Source: Patescibacteria group bacterium
Lineage (GTDB): Bacteria; Patescibacteriota; Minisyncoccia; Phycocordibacterales; UBA2100
Reading direction: 5' to 3'
DNA length: 40,698 nt
NCBI GenBank assembly: GCA_015485505.1
Contig: WFTK01000020.1
Span: forward strand, 1 to 40,698
The notes under the pieces were generated by a model that did not search any database, was not told the origin of the DNA, and saw only the letters and a program-made list of their open reading frames with translations. Below, piece by piece: positions 1 to 8,446 of this stretch (positions are counted from its first letter, which is position 1; the number at the start of each line of letters is the position of its first letter). A program made the position numbers and the translations under genes.

Positions 1-797
1 CGTCCACGTTCGTCTAGTACATTAGGCAAATCTTTAAGCATCTCTGTGTTAGGTATCATACCTATCTCTACAAATATCCCGCCAGTCTCGAGAGTATGCT
101 CCTCGCCAGTTACAACATCTTTAAACTTAATAGCGTTTACCATTTGCTCACCTAATACCTCTACTGTCTCTGCATTTGTAATAACCTTCATGTTTGGGTG
201 TGCAGAGACCTTCTCTATTGTTATGGCGTCTGCAGAGAGCTTCTCTGATCGGTTGAGTAGGGTAACGCTCTTGGCATACTCAAGTAGTTGAGCTGCCGCC
301 TCAAATGCGGCGTCCCCACCACCTATAACTACTAAGTCTCGCCCAGTAAAGAGAGGGCCATCGCAAGTGGCGCAATATGTTAAGCCTTTATGCTCATACT
401 CGTCGGCACCCTTAGCTGGCAGCTTACGCCGTACAGAGCCAGCCGTGTAGAGTAGGGCTCTTGACTCATATGTGTTGCCTGTGTTTGTCGTAACCTTAAA
501 GCCCTCGCCTAAGTGCTCAACTTTGGTTGCTAAGGCTGGTTGATCTATTTGCAGAGTTGAGTTGTCTGCTTGCTCGTACTCTCTTAGGTGTGCCTCAAGT
601 TGCTTAGCGAGCTCAGCTCCTGAGATGTGAGGTATACCTATCCAGTTTTGTATGTCGGGTGATACGTTACTCTGACCGCCAAACTCACCTGTGATGAGGA
701 CAGTCTTAAGCTTCTTACGAGCAGCATATATACCTCCGGTAACGCCAGCGGGCCCGCCACCTATTATTATTAAGTCTAGTTGATTATTTGTATCCAT
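1..797 (-). CDS. trxB: Thioredoxin-disulfide reductase; N-terminal ~265 aa, C-terminus runs off the window start
   Basis: Absent from the ORF track because it is open at the window edge. My minus-strand translation from ATG 797-795 gives MDTNNQLDLIIIGGGPAGVTGGIYAARKKL (FAD GxGxxG). It also has the in-frame redox motif CATCDGP (Cys codons about 374-363) and VVIGGGDAAFEAA (NADPH fold). It starts 1 nt after the ftsZ stop. Confidence 0.85.
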   Translation of the reverse strand, partial: MDTNNQLDLIIIGGGPAGVTGGIYAARKKLKTVLITGEFGGQSNVSPDIQNWIGIPHISGAELAKQLEAHLREYEQADNSTLQIDQPALATKVEHLGEGFKVTTNTGNTYESRALLYTAGSVRRKLPAKGADEYEHKGLTYCATCDGPLFTGRDLVVIGGGDAAFEAAAQLLEYAKSVTLLNRSEKLSADAITIEKVSAHPNMKVITNAETVEVLGEQMVNAIKFKDVVTGEEHTLETGGIFVEIGMIPNTEMLKDLPNVLDERG

Positions 798-798
798 A

Positions 799-2058
799 TT
801 ATCTTAATTTAGAGCGTCTTAAGAATGAGGGGATCATACTGAAGTCGTCGTCCTCGTCTGGCTTATCGTCTTTTTTAATACTTACTCGCTTTGGTGTTGT
901 GGGCTTTTGTGTGGCTTTGCTCGGTACATCTCTTATACTTCTCTTTGGTCTCTCTATAGGGCTTGGCATAGTATTGTGTATCTCATGAGTCTCCGTGTCT
1001 GCAACCTTGTCTTCTTTTTTAGGTTTGTCCTCAGGCTCTGTACTCTTAGGAGTTGAGTCGCTAGACATTACGTTTTTAAAGATTGACTTTGATGGAGTCT
1101 TCTCATTGCCGAAGCCGGTGGCTATTACGGTTATCTTGATAGCCCCCTTCTTAAGAGTCTCGTCTAATATAGAGCCAAAGATTATCTTGGCATTAGGGTC
1201 AGCGGCTTTGGTTATCTCATCAGCAGCCTCTTGTATCTCGTGCATGCCTAGGTCATCATTACCAGAGACAGCAAAGAGTACACCAGTAGCACCCTCAATA
1301 GAGACATCGAGTAGTGGAGAGTTTATTGCGTTCTTAGCTGCCTCTGTGGCGCGACCCTCTCCGCTAGCCTCACCAATACCCATAAGAGCTGAGCCGGCAG
1401 ACTCCATAACGGTCTTAATATCTGCAAAGTCTACATTAATAACGCCCTGCTTAGTGATGAGATCTGAGATGCCTTCCACTGCGTGCTTGAGTATGTCATC
1501 ACATGTGGCAAAGGCCTCTTTAAGCCCGGTATTCTTCTCTACAGTCTCAAGTATCTTGTCGTTAGCTATTACTATTATTGAGTCTACTACATTACGCAAC
1601 TCCTCAAGGCCGGCGTCTGCAACCTCACGTCTGCGCTTACCCTCAAAGCTGAAGGGGAGTGTGACTATGGCGACTGTCAAGGCCCCACTCTCCCTAGCGG
1701 CCTTGGCTATCACAGGGGCAGAGCCTGTGCCTGTACCCCCGCCGAGTCCACAGGTGATGAACACCATGTCGGAGCCTACGAGAGCGTCTTGTATATCTTC
1801 TATCTGCTCCTCTGCAGCTTGACGTCCTACGTCTGAGTTCATTCCGCTACCGAGACCTCTTGTAAGTGACTTACCTATATGCACCTTGTGCTTAGCTGGT
1901 GAGTGGTGTAGGTCTTGTGCATCAGTGTTAACTACTATAAAGTCCACACCCTTAACCTTGCTGTTGATCATATGGTTGATAGCATTGCAGCCCGAGCCTC
2001 CAGCCCCAATGACCTTAATGCGAGCAAAGCTCTCTATCTCTGGTTTAACCTGCTTCAT
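799..2058 (-). CDS. ftsZ: Cell division GTPase FtsZ
   Basis: 419 aa. It has N-terminal IKVIGAGGSGCNAINHM, the tubulin signature GLGGGTGTGSAPV, and a long charged C-terminal tail. Confidence 0.97.
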   Translation of the reverse strand: MKQVKPEIESFARIKVIGAGGSGCNAINHMINSKVKGVDFIVVNTDAQDLHHSPAKHKVHIGKSLTRGLGSGMNSDVGRQAAEEQIEDIQDALVGSDMVFITCGLGGGTGTGSAPVIAKAARESGALTVAIVTLPFSFEGKRRREVADAGLEELRNVVDSIIVIANDKILETVEKNTGLKEAFATCDDILKHAVEGISDLITKQGVINVDFADIKTVMESAGSALMGIGEASGEGRATEAAKNAINSPLLDVSIEGATGVLFAVSGNDDLGMHEIQEAADEITKAADPNAKIIFGSILDETLKKGAIKITVIATGFGNEKTPSKSIFKNVMSSDSTPKSTEPEDKPKKEDKVADTETHEIHNTMPSPIERPKRSIRDVPSKATQKPTTPKRVSIKKDDKPDEDDDFSMIPSFLRRSKLR

Positions 2059-2135
2059 AACTATATTGTATTTAAAAAGTTCTTAAGTTATTACATTCTA
2101 CCACACTCTTACTAATCGCAAAATTTTAGCAAGCC

Positions 2136-3017
2136 TTATAGCAGTTTTTTATGTTTAAAAATAGTGTAAGTAGTAGCAGAGAGTATCATCATTATTAATA
2201 ACACAAGCCAAAAATCATAATTATTACCAATAATTGGCATGTTGCGCGTGTTCATACCAAAGATACTTGCTATTAGAGAGGGTATAAGAGTAACAAAGGC
2301 TACGATGGTGAAGACTTGCATTATAGAGTTTTGCTTGGTAGCTAGCAGGGAGTCGTTAGTTGCTCGTAGCTCTGAGTGTAGAGCACTTATGCGTTTAATA
2401 CGCTGATGCACTTTATAAAAGTTGGCCAGCAGGCTACTTGAATATCTGCCATAGTTTTTACCATAAAAGTCCTCAGCATGCCTTTGGAAGGAGCCTAATA
2501 TATCTTTATGAGGGTCTAGAGATTGATGGAAGTCTAATATCTTACGGCCAGTGTGTGCGAGCTCTAAGACCATCTCTCGCTCATCGCCAGAGTAGACGCG
2601 CTCCTCAATATGCTTCATATGAGCCTTGAGCCTTGTTAATTTATCTTCTAGCTCGGTATATAACCCCTTGGTAATGTAATAGAAGAGTATACCTGAGTTA
2701 AAGTCTGTCTTGCTCATCTGCTCACCTATAGAGATGGCCTTAGAGAACTTAATAAGAGGTTCAACCTCCTCATAGCGAGTAGTGATGAGGAAGTCCTTCC
2801 CAAGAATGAAGTCTACCTCTTTGTCGTCTATAAAGTGCAATATTATGTATAGGTAGTCTTTATGCATATCTATCTTTGGCCTCAGACTCGGCGAGAGCAA
2901 CTCGCTGGTTACAAGTGGATGAAGGTTAAATTCTTTAGCTAGTTCGGCGACCTCCTCTGCACTTGGGTTCTCCAGGTCTACCCAGGTGATTCCATTATAT
3001 AGTACGCGTTTAATCAT
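2136..3017 (-). CDS. corA: CorA-family Mg2+/Co2+ transporter
   Basis: It has the GMN motif (IFGMNTRNMP) between two C-terminal TM helices. The track ORF (2136..3119) carries a 34-aa hydrophobic extension overlapping the divergent mreB start, so I call Met35 (ATG 3017-3015). Confidence 0.75.
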   Translation of the reverse strand: MIKRVLYNGITWVDLENPSAEEVAELAKEFNLHPLVTSELLSPSLRPKIDMHKDYLYIILHFIDDKEVDFILGKDFLITTRYEEVEPLIKFSKAISIGEQMSKTDFNSGILFYYITKGLYTELEDKLTRLKAHMKHIEERVYSGDEREMVLELAHTGRKILDFHQSLDPHKDILGSFQRHAEDFYGKNYGRYSSSLLANFYKVHQRIKRISALHSELRATNDSLLATKQNSIMQVFTIVAFVTLIPSLIASIFGMNTRNMPIIGNNYDFWLVLLIMMILSATTYTIFKHKKLL

Positions 3018-3090
3018 TAGTCTCAAGTATACCAGAGAGCTACCAAGTAAGAGAATTTGATATGTGTATAAAACAATGTAAAATACGAGC

Positions 3091-4107
3091 ATGAGCTTTT
3101 TAACTCCCAGACTCGGCATAGACTTAGGTACTACATATATATTGGTCTATGTACCAGGTAGTGGAGTTGTATTGCGTGAGCCGTCTGTGGTGGCCGTCAG
3201 TAGCGACAATAAGATTCTTGCTGTGGGAGACGATGCTAAAGAGATGGTGGGTCGCACACCAGACGACATTACAGCATATAGACCGATGAAGGATGGAGTA
3301 GTGGCCGACTACCACGTTACCGAGGCAATGTTGCGATATTATATAAGTAAATCTCTAGGCAAGTGGAACTTTTTTAAACCTGATGTAATGATAAGTGTAC
3401 CCGCTGGAGTGACGAGCGCCGAGCGCCGAGCTGTGGTAGAGGCAGCAGTGAAGGCCGGAGCAAAGACTGCGCAGGTGGTTAAAGAGCCTATACTAGCAGC
3501 TATTGGAGCTGGCATACCAATACACGAGGCGCGAGGATATATGATAGTAGACATCGGAGGTGGTACTACAGATGTAGCGGTCATTTCTCTTGGTGGCATA
3601 GTTGCCAGCAAGAGCGTGAAGGTTGCCGGCAATAAGATAGACCACTCGATAGCAGATTATATAAAGAAGGAGTATAATCTAATGATAGGAGACAAGATGG
3701 CCGAGGAGGTGAAGATGACAATAGGCTCTGCCATAGAGATGCCGGAGGGTGAAGAGCTCGAGATGACTATTAAAGGGCGAGACCACCTTACAGGTCTCCC
3801 GCGCTCAGTAGGCATTAAGACTAATGAGATAGTCGGTGCTATAAGGCATGACTTGCGAGAGATGGTGCAGGCTATAAGAGATGTACTGCAAGAGACGCCA
3901 CCGGAGCTCTCAGCTGACATTATAGACAATGGCATCATCATGAGTGGCGGCTCAAGTATGTTGCGCAATTTGCAAGACTTGGTGTATAGGCGTACTGGGG
4001 TGGATGCTCGGCTGGCCGACGATGCGCTGTATTGTGTAGCCAAGGGTACAGGTGAGGCACTCACGCACTTAGACACATATAAAAAGGCAATTATCGCCAA
4101 GCGATAA
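3091..4107 (+). CDS. mreB: Rod-shape determining actin homologue MreB
   Basis: 338 aa. It has LGIDLGTTYILVYV and DIGGGTTDVAV phosphate-binding motifs and full-length similarity to MreB/Mbl. Confidence 0.95.
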   Translation: MSFLTPRLGIDLGTTYILVYVPGSGVVLREPSVVAVSSDNKILAVGDDAKEMVGRTPDDITAYRPMKDGVVADYHVTEAMLRYYISKSLGKWNFFKPDVMISVPAGVTSAERRAVVEAAVKAGAKTAQVVKEPILAAIGAGIPIHEARGYMIVDIGGGTTDVAVISLGGIVASKSVKVAGNKIDHSIADYIKKEYNLMIGDKMAEEVKMTIGSAIEMPEGEELEMTIKGRDHLTGLPRSVGIKTNEIVGAIRHDLREMVQAIRDVLQETPPELSADIIDNGIIMSGGSSMLRNLQDLVYRRTGVDARLADDALYCVAKGTGEALTHLDTYKKAIIAKR

Positions 4108-4110
4108 TAT

Positions 4111-4788
4111 ATGTATATTAAAGACTTAACAAAAGACACACTACACCACGCCAGCTTAATAAGTGGCGGTGATGGTGACTTACCTAAGCTTAGAGAACAT
4201 ATATCAAAAATACTTAATATTAAGTTTGGTCAAAATCCAGATATCATGGAGCTCACTGCAGATGCTCTCACTGTTGAGTTTGCTCGCAAGGTAGTGGAGC
4301 GTAGCAAGGCTAATGCTATTTCAGGTGGACCAAAGGTTATTATAGTCAGCTTCTCTCAAGTGACTCGCGAGGCGCAAAATATCTTGCTCAAGAGTTTGGA
4401 GGAGCCCAGTGAGAACACTTATATATTTATATTAACTCCTAATACAGGCATTTTATTACCCACAGTGTTGTCTAGGTGCATGATAGTTGATATTGCTAGT
4501 GGGGAGACTCAAGGCTCTGCTCAAGTTGAGGAGTTTATAAAAGCAAATATGCAAGATAGGTTAAAGATTATTGCAGAGTTGGCTAAAGCTAAAGATAAGG
4601 CAACCATGATGCGCATACTTAGTGGGTTGGAGCAATACTTAACAAACCACAAACCTAAAAATGTTCCAGGAGCCCCCTGGAACATTTGGAGGCAGCAGGT
4701 GGAGGCTGTGCTAAATGCGCAAAAGTATATTAGAGATAAGGGTGCAATGAGTAAAATGCTTATGGAGAGTGTTGCGCTTGTGTTATAA
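4111..4788 (+). CDS. holB: DNA polymerase III delta-prime-like clamp-loader subunit (short, no Walker A)
   Basis: The segment KVIIVSFSQVTREAQNILLKSLEEPSENTYIFILTPNTGILLPTVLSRC matches the AAA+ sensor region (..LLKxLEEP..TxxSRC) of HolB/DnaX. The N-terminus lacks GK[ST]. Confidence 0.65.
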   Translation: MYIKDLTKDTLHHASLISGGDGDLPKLREHISKILNIKFGQNPDIMELTADALTVEFARKVVERSKANAISGGPKVIIVSFSQVTREAQNILLKSLEEPSENTYIFILTPNTGILLPTVLSRCMIVDIASGETQGSAQVEEFIKANMQDRLKIIAELAKAKDKATMMRILSGLEQYLTNHKPKNVPGAPWNIWRQQVEAVLNAQKYIRDKGAMSKMLMESVALVL

Positions 4789-4831
4789 TAGTATTTACCT
4801 AGAGATATTAAAAATCATTTAAAGAGATAAC

Positions 4832-5380
4832 ATGGTAGATTTTAATAAATTAAAAGAGAAGTTGGAGAGCACACAGGCTTGGCTAGAGGCTGAGCTTGCT
4901 GGGGTTCGCACGGGTAGGGCTGTGCCAGCATTGTTAGATAGTATAAAGGTAGATGCATACGGTATGCAGACACCACTTAAACAGCTGGCTAATATAGGGG
5001 TTGAGGATGCTCGCACATTGCGGGTGAGTCCATTTGATATAAGTCAGGTTAAAGATATTGAGAGGGCCATAACAGATGCCGACCTAGGTGTGAGTGTGCA
5101 GGCTACTGCCAGTGAGGTGCGAGTAATCTTCCCTGAGCTTACAGGTGAGAGGCGAGAGCAATTACTTAAGATTGCCGGTGGTAAGCTAGAGGAGGCGCGA
5201 GTTGCCGTGCGCGGCGCAAGAGATGAGATGAAGAAGGACTTAAATGCACAAGAGAAGGAGGGTGAGATAAGCAAAGATGAGAATCACAATGCACAAGAGG
5301 AGATGCAAAAGTTTGTAGACGAGGCAAACAAAGCCCTAGAAGAGCAATTTAATAAAAAAGAAGAGGAGATTAAGGGGTAG
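4832..5380 (+). CDS. frr: Ribosome recycling factor
   Basis: 182 aa with typical RRF length and sequence (LDSIKVDAYG..PLKQLANI..VSPFD..IERAI..DLG). Confidence 0.95.
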   Translation: MVDFNKLKEKLESTQAWLEAELAGVRTGRAVPALLDSIKVDAYGMQTPLKQLANIGVEDARTLRVSPFDISQVKDIERAITDADLGVSVQATASEVRVIFPELTGERREQLLKIAGGKLEEARVAVRGARDEMKKDLNAQEKEGEISKDENHNAQEEMQKFVDEANKALEEQFNKKEEEIKG

Positions 5381-5406
5381 ATCTTGCCAAAGCAGTATAT
5401 GTAATT

Positions 5407-5598
5407 ATGGATAACTTTGATAAATGGAATAAGAGCAAAAAAATGAGGCCGTATGTTGGTTCTGTAGGAGGCAAGGAAGCAAAGGTAATATTATCTCAAA
5501 TACGCGTTGTAGATGCCAAGAGGCTTTTAAGGAAAATTGATGTATTGAATAGGGATACATTTGAGGATATAAGAAAAAAGGTTAAAGAGATTCTTTAA
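5407..5598 (+). pseudogene. Internally deleted remnant of a PemK/MazF-family toxin gene (63-aa ORF)
   Basis: The N-terminus FDKWNKSKK and the C-terminus KVILSQIRVVDAKRLLRKIDVLNRDTFEDI resemble the two ends of ~150-aa PemK/MazF-like toxins. The central beta-barrel core is missing, and no antitoxin ORF is adjacent. Confidence 0.35.
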
Positions 5599-5700
5599 CC
5601 TTTTTCCGATGCTGTTTGCCACTTGCGTGGCGAGGCCTAAGCCAACTTGTGGTATCATTATACAAAATTAAAAGAAATAAAGCAATAACAAATCAACATT

Positions 5701-6825
5701 ATGGATATATTATTATTTTTAGGAGTATTGGTTGTACTTATTATAGTGCATGAGCTTGGGCACTTCTTAGCGGCTAAGATGTTTGGCATTAAGGTAGAGG
5801 AGTTTGGTATAGGATACCCGCCGCGCGCCCTAACTCTCGGCAAGATAGGCGAGACAGTCTACTCTCTTAATTGGCTACCCTTTGGTGGATTTGTAAAGAT
5901 ATTTGGTGAGGGCCTTGGTGAGGACGTGCCAGAGAGCGAGCACAGGCGGGCCTTGGCGAGCCAAGCATTATGGAAGCAGGCAGTAGTATTTGTAGCAGGT
6001 GTCACCTTTAACGTACTCTTTGCTTGGATACTCTTTACAATAACATTTATGATGGGCTCTCCTGTGGCTCTGGACGAGGCTAAAGTGCAAGATGGCACAA
6101 TGAGTAGAGATGCCTCCGTACTTGCAATAAGTGCGATGTTACCAAACTCTCCTGCAGACATTGCCGGACTTAAAGTTGGCGACAAGATCTCAGCTCTTGC
6201 CTCTGGTGAGGACAGAGTAGACACACCTTTACCCTCAGAGGTTAGCAGTTTTGTTGCTCAACACCCCGGAGAACCTGTACAAGTTTATTATAAAAGAGAT
6301 AGTAATGATGAGGTAGTCGGCTCTGTGGAGGTTGTGCCGAGTCATGGAGTGATAGCGGGCAAGCAGGGTACACCGGCGATAGGTATAGAGATGGTGCTTA
6401 TAGCAACTGATAAGCAATCAATACTCTCGGCTATTAAGCTTGGAGCTATTAAGACTGTCGCAGCGACTAAGGCTATAGCGGTCGGTACAGCCCGCTTCAT
6501 AGCCGATGCGGTAACTGGCAGCGCAGACTGGCGCAATGTGGCGGGCCCAGTGGGTATCGTGGGCTTGGTTGGTGACGCGTCGTCACTCGGATGGGTGCAC
6601 CTGCTAAACTTTATGGCCATGATATCCGTTAACTTAGCTATTATAAATATGATACCTATACCGGCCTTAGATGGCGGACGTTTGCTCTTTGTAGCTATAG
6701 AGGCCGTGACTAGGCGTAAGGTGCACCCAGGCCTTGCTGGCGCACTCAATATGCTCGGCTTTGCTGCTATAATATTGCTTATGATAGTGATTACTTATCA
6801 TGATGTTATTAAGATAATTAATTAA
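5701..6825 (+). CDS. rseP: Site-2 (M50) zinc metalloprotease RseP
   Basis: It has HELGHFLAAK (HExxH) in the first TM helix, a PDZ segment (PADIAGLKVGDKI), a C-terminal NLAIINMIPIPALDGG motif, and multiple TM helices. Confidence 0.9.
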   Translation: MDILLFLGVLVVLIIVHELGHFLAAKMFGIKVEEFGIGYPPRALTLGKIGETVYSLNWLPFGGFVKIFGEGLGEDVPESEHRRALASQALWKQAVVFVAGVTFNVLFAWILFTITFMMGSPVALDEAKVQDGTMSRDASVLAISAMLPNSPADIAGLKVGDKISALASGEDRVDTPLPSEVSSFVAQHPGEPVQVYYKRDSNDEVVGSVEVVPSHGVIAGKQGTPAIGIEMVLIATDKQSILSAIKLGAIKTVAATKAIAVGTARFIADAVTGSADWRNVAGPVGIVGLVGDASSLGWVHLLNFMAMISVNLAIINMIPIPALDGGRLLFVAIEAVTRRKVHPGLAGALNMLGFAAIILLMIVITYHDVIKIIN

Positions 6826-6833
6826 GACCAAAA

Positions 6834-7640
6834 GTGACTAATAGGGTGCAAGCTACAAAGAGGGTTAGACTTGCTCAAAGGCGTAAGAGACAGCGCCTGA
6901 TAAAACTCTCAGTATTAATGATTGCCGGTGTGCTGTTCTTCACTGCTAGTATATGGGGGTTATCTCAAGAGTGGGCTACTATAAATAAAGTAACTATAAA
7001 TGGCAATAATAGAGTATCTAATAAGCAGATAGAGTCTGTTGTAGCTACTCAGCTGGCTGGACTAAGGGCATATGGCCTTTATAAGGGAACTATCTTAACT
7101 TACAATGAAGCAGAATTAATTGAAGCTTTAAAGTATCAATATCCATTATTAGAGAATGTGCAGATTAAAATTAGGGGTATAAATGAGTTGAGCTTAGAGG
7201 TAGTAGAGAGAGAGCCGATAGCGCTTTGGTGCGCAAGTGTGGAATGTTATGAGATTGATAAAGAGGGTTATATATTTAATAAATTAAATGGAGGAGGCAG
7301 TGCCCCTAAGTTAGTTGAGTATTCTGGTGGCTTAGCAGGGGATGCTTTACGTCAACACTTATTGCCTAATGATTTTACTAAAGTGCAAGCATTTGTAAGC
7401 TCTTTAATAAACAATGGCTTAAAGGCTGTCTCAGTATATATATTACCCGATGAGGGAGAGCTTAGAGTTAAGTCACTTAACTATCCAGAGCTTAGAGTTA
7501 AGATAGATGATAACTTAGAGAAGGTACTAGAATATTTAGAAATTACACTTGCATCTGCTGATTATAAAGACTATGTAAGTGAGGTGGGTACGGTAGAGTA
7601 TATAGACTTGCGTTTTGGCAATAGAGTGTATTATAAATAG
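6834..7640 (+). CDS. ftsQ: FtsQ/DivIB-like cell division protein (GTG start)
   Basis: It has a basic N-terminus, a single TM helix (LSVLMIAGVLFFTASIWGL) and a POTRA-like INKVTINGNNRVSNKQIESVV. The assignment rests on architecture rather than strong motifs. Confidence 0.55.
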   Translation: MTNRVQATKRVRLAQRRKRQRLIKLSVLMIAGVLFFTASIWGLSQEWATINKVTINGNNRVSNKQIESVVATQLAGLRAYGLYKGTILTYNEAELIEALKYQYPLLENVQIKIRGINELSLEVVEREPIALWCASVECYEIDKEGYIFNKLNGGGSAPKLVEYSGGLAGDALRQHLLPNDFTKVQAFVSSLINNGLKAVSVYILPDEGELRVKSLNYPELRVKIDDNLEKVLEYLEITLASADYKDYVSEVGTVEYIDLRFGNRVYYK

Positions 7641-7673
7641 CATTATAGAGTTTTTTTGATATACTTTTAACCT

Positions 7674-8444
7674 ATGACTGATGCGAATAATACTCGACAA
7701 GTGGCAATACACCCCATAACAAGTGCTGTGCGAGAGATTGTGCGTATCTTTGATAAGCTTGGCTTCTCTGTGGCTGATGGGCCTGAGATAGAGACAGACT
7801 ATTACAACTTTGAGGCACTCAACTTCCCTAAAGACCACCCTGCCAGAGACATGCAAGACACCTTTTGGTTGCCTGATGGTAGAGTATTGCGCACACAGAC
7901 CTCAGACGTACAAATACACTTTATGGAGGAGCACGAGCCGCCTATACGCATAATAGCGCCGGGCAAGGTCTACAGGAGCGAGGCGACAGATATGAAACAT
8001 GAGGCACAATTCTATCAGTTTGAGGGTTTAGTAGTAGATAAAAAAGGTAAGATTAACCTCGGGCACCTTAAGGGTATTGTTGAGTACTTCTTTAAAGAGT
8101 TCTTTGGGGATAATACCGAGGTGAGGATGCGTCCGGGCTTTTTCCCTTTTGTGGAGCCGGCACTTGAGTTTGATGTGCGTTTAGTGGGCGAGGGTGTGCC
8201 AGAGAAGCTCCAAGGCAAGTGGATAGAGGTAATGGGCTCGGGCATGGTGCATAGGAATGTGCTGAGTAATGCCGGCCTAGACCCGGAGAAGTATCAAGGC
8301 TTCGCTTTCGGTACCGGCATTGAGAGGTTGGCGATGATGCGTTGGATGATAGACGACATACGCAACTTCCACCACGGAGATATGCGCTTTGTACATAAGT
8401 TTATAGCAGAGCTAGAACAGGTAGATAAGATTAAAGATAAATAA
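7674..8444 (+). CDS. pheS: Phenylalanyl-tRNA synthetase alpha subunit (short form, catalytic core only)
   Basis: It has class II motifs ([16 protein letters not shown], FRxE-like YRSEATD.. and [14 protein letters not shown]). At 256 aa it lacks the N-terminal coiled coil. Confidence 0.95.
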   Translation: MTDANNTRQVAIHPITSAVREIVRIFDKLGFSVADGPEIETDYYNFEALNFPKDHPARDMQDTFWLPDGRVLRTQTSDVQIHFMEEHEPPIRIIAPGKVYRSEATDMKHEAQFYQFEGLVVDKKGKINLGHLKGIVEYFFKEFFGDNTEVRMRPGFFPFVEPALEFDVRLVGEGVPEKLQGKWIEVMGSGMVHRNVLSNAGLDPEKYQGFAFGTGIERLAMMRWMIDDIRNFHHGDMRFVHKFIAELEQVDKIKDK

Positions 8445-8446
8445 TT

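Noticed and set aside
995-1822. Long antisense ORFs opposite real genes. Examples are 995..1822 (ftsZ), 3657..4139 (mreB), 8813..9349 and 9253..9690 (pheT), 25216..25968 (thiI) and 27620..28372 (dnaJ).
   Set aside because: Each lies entirely within a strongly supported conserved gene on the other strand. Their products are low-complexity (Ser/Pro/Leu/Ala-rich) with no recognisable motifs. They are typical shadow ORFs produced by codon bias.
3018-3119. N-terminal extensions of track ORFs: corA 3018-3119, mraZ 18330-18374, helicase 21894-21929, thiI 24890-24955, dnaJ 27576-27602 and the sunset-domain ORF 30227-30244.
   Set aside because: The extensions overlap neighbouring genes or regulatory repeats and precede the canonical conserved N-termini. 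Internal ATG starts fit the protein families better.
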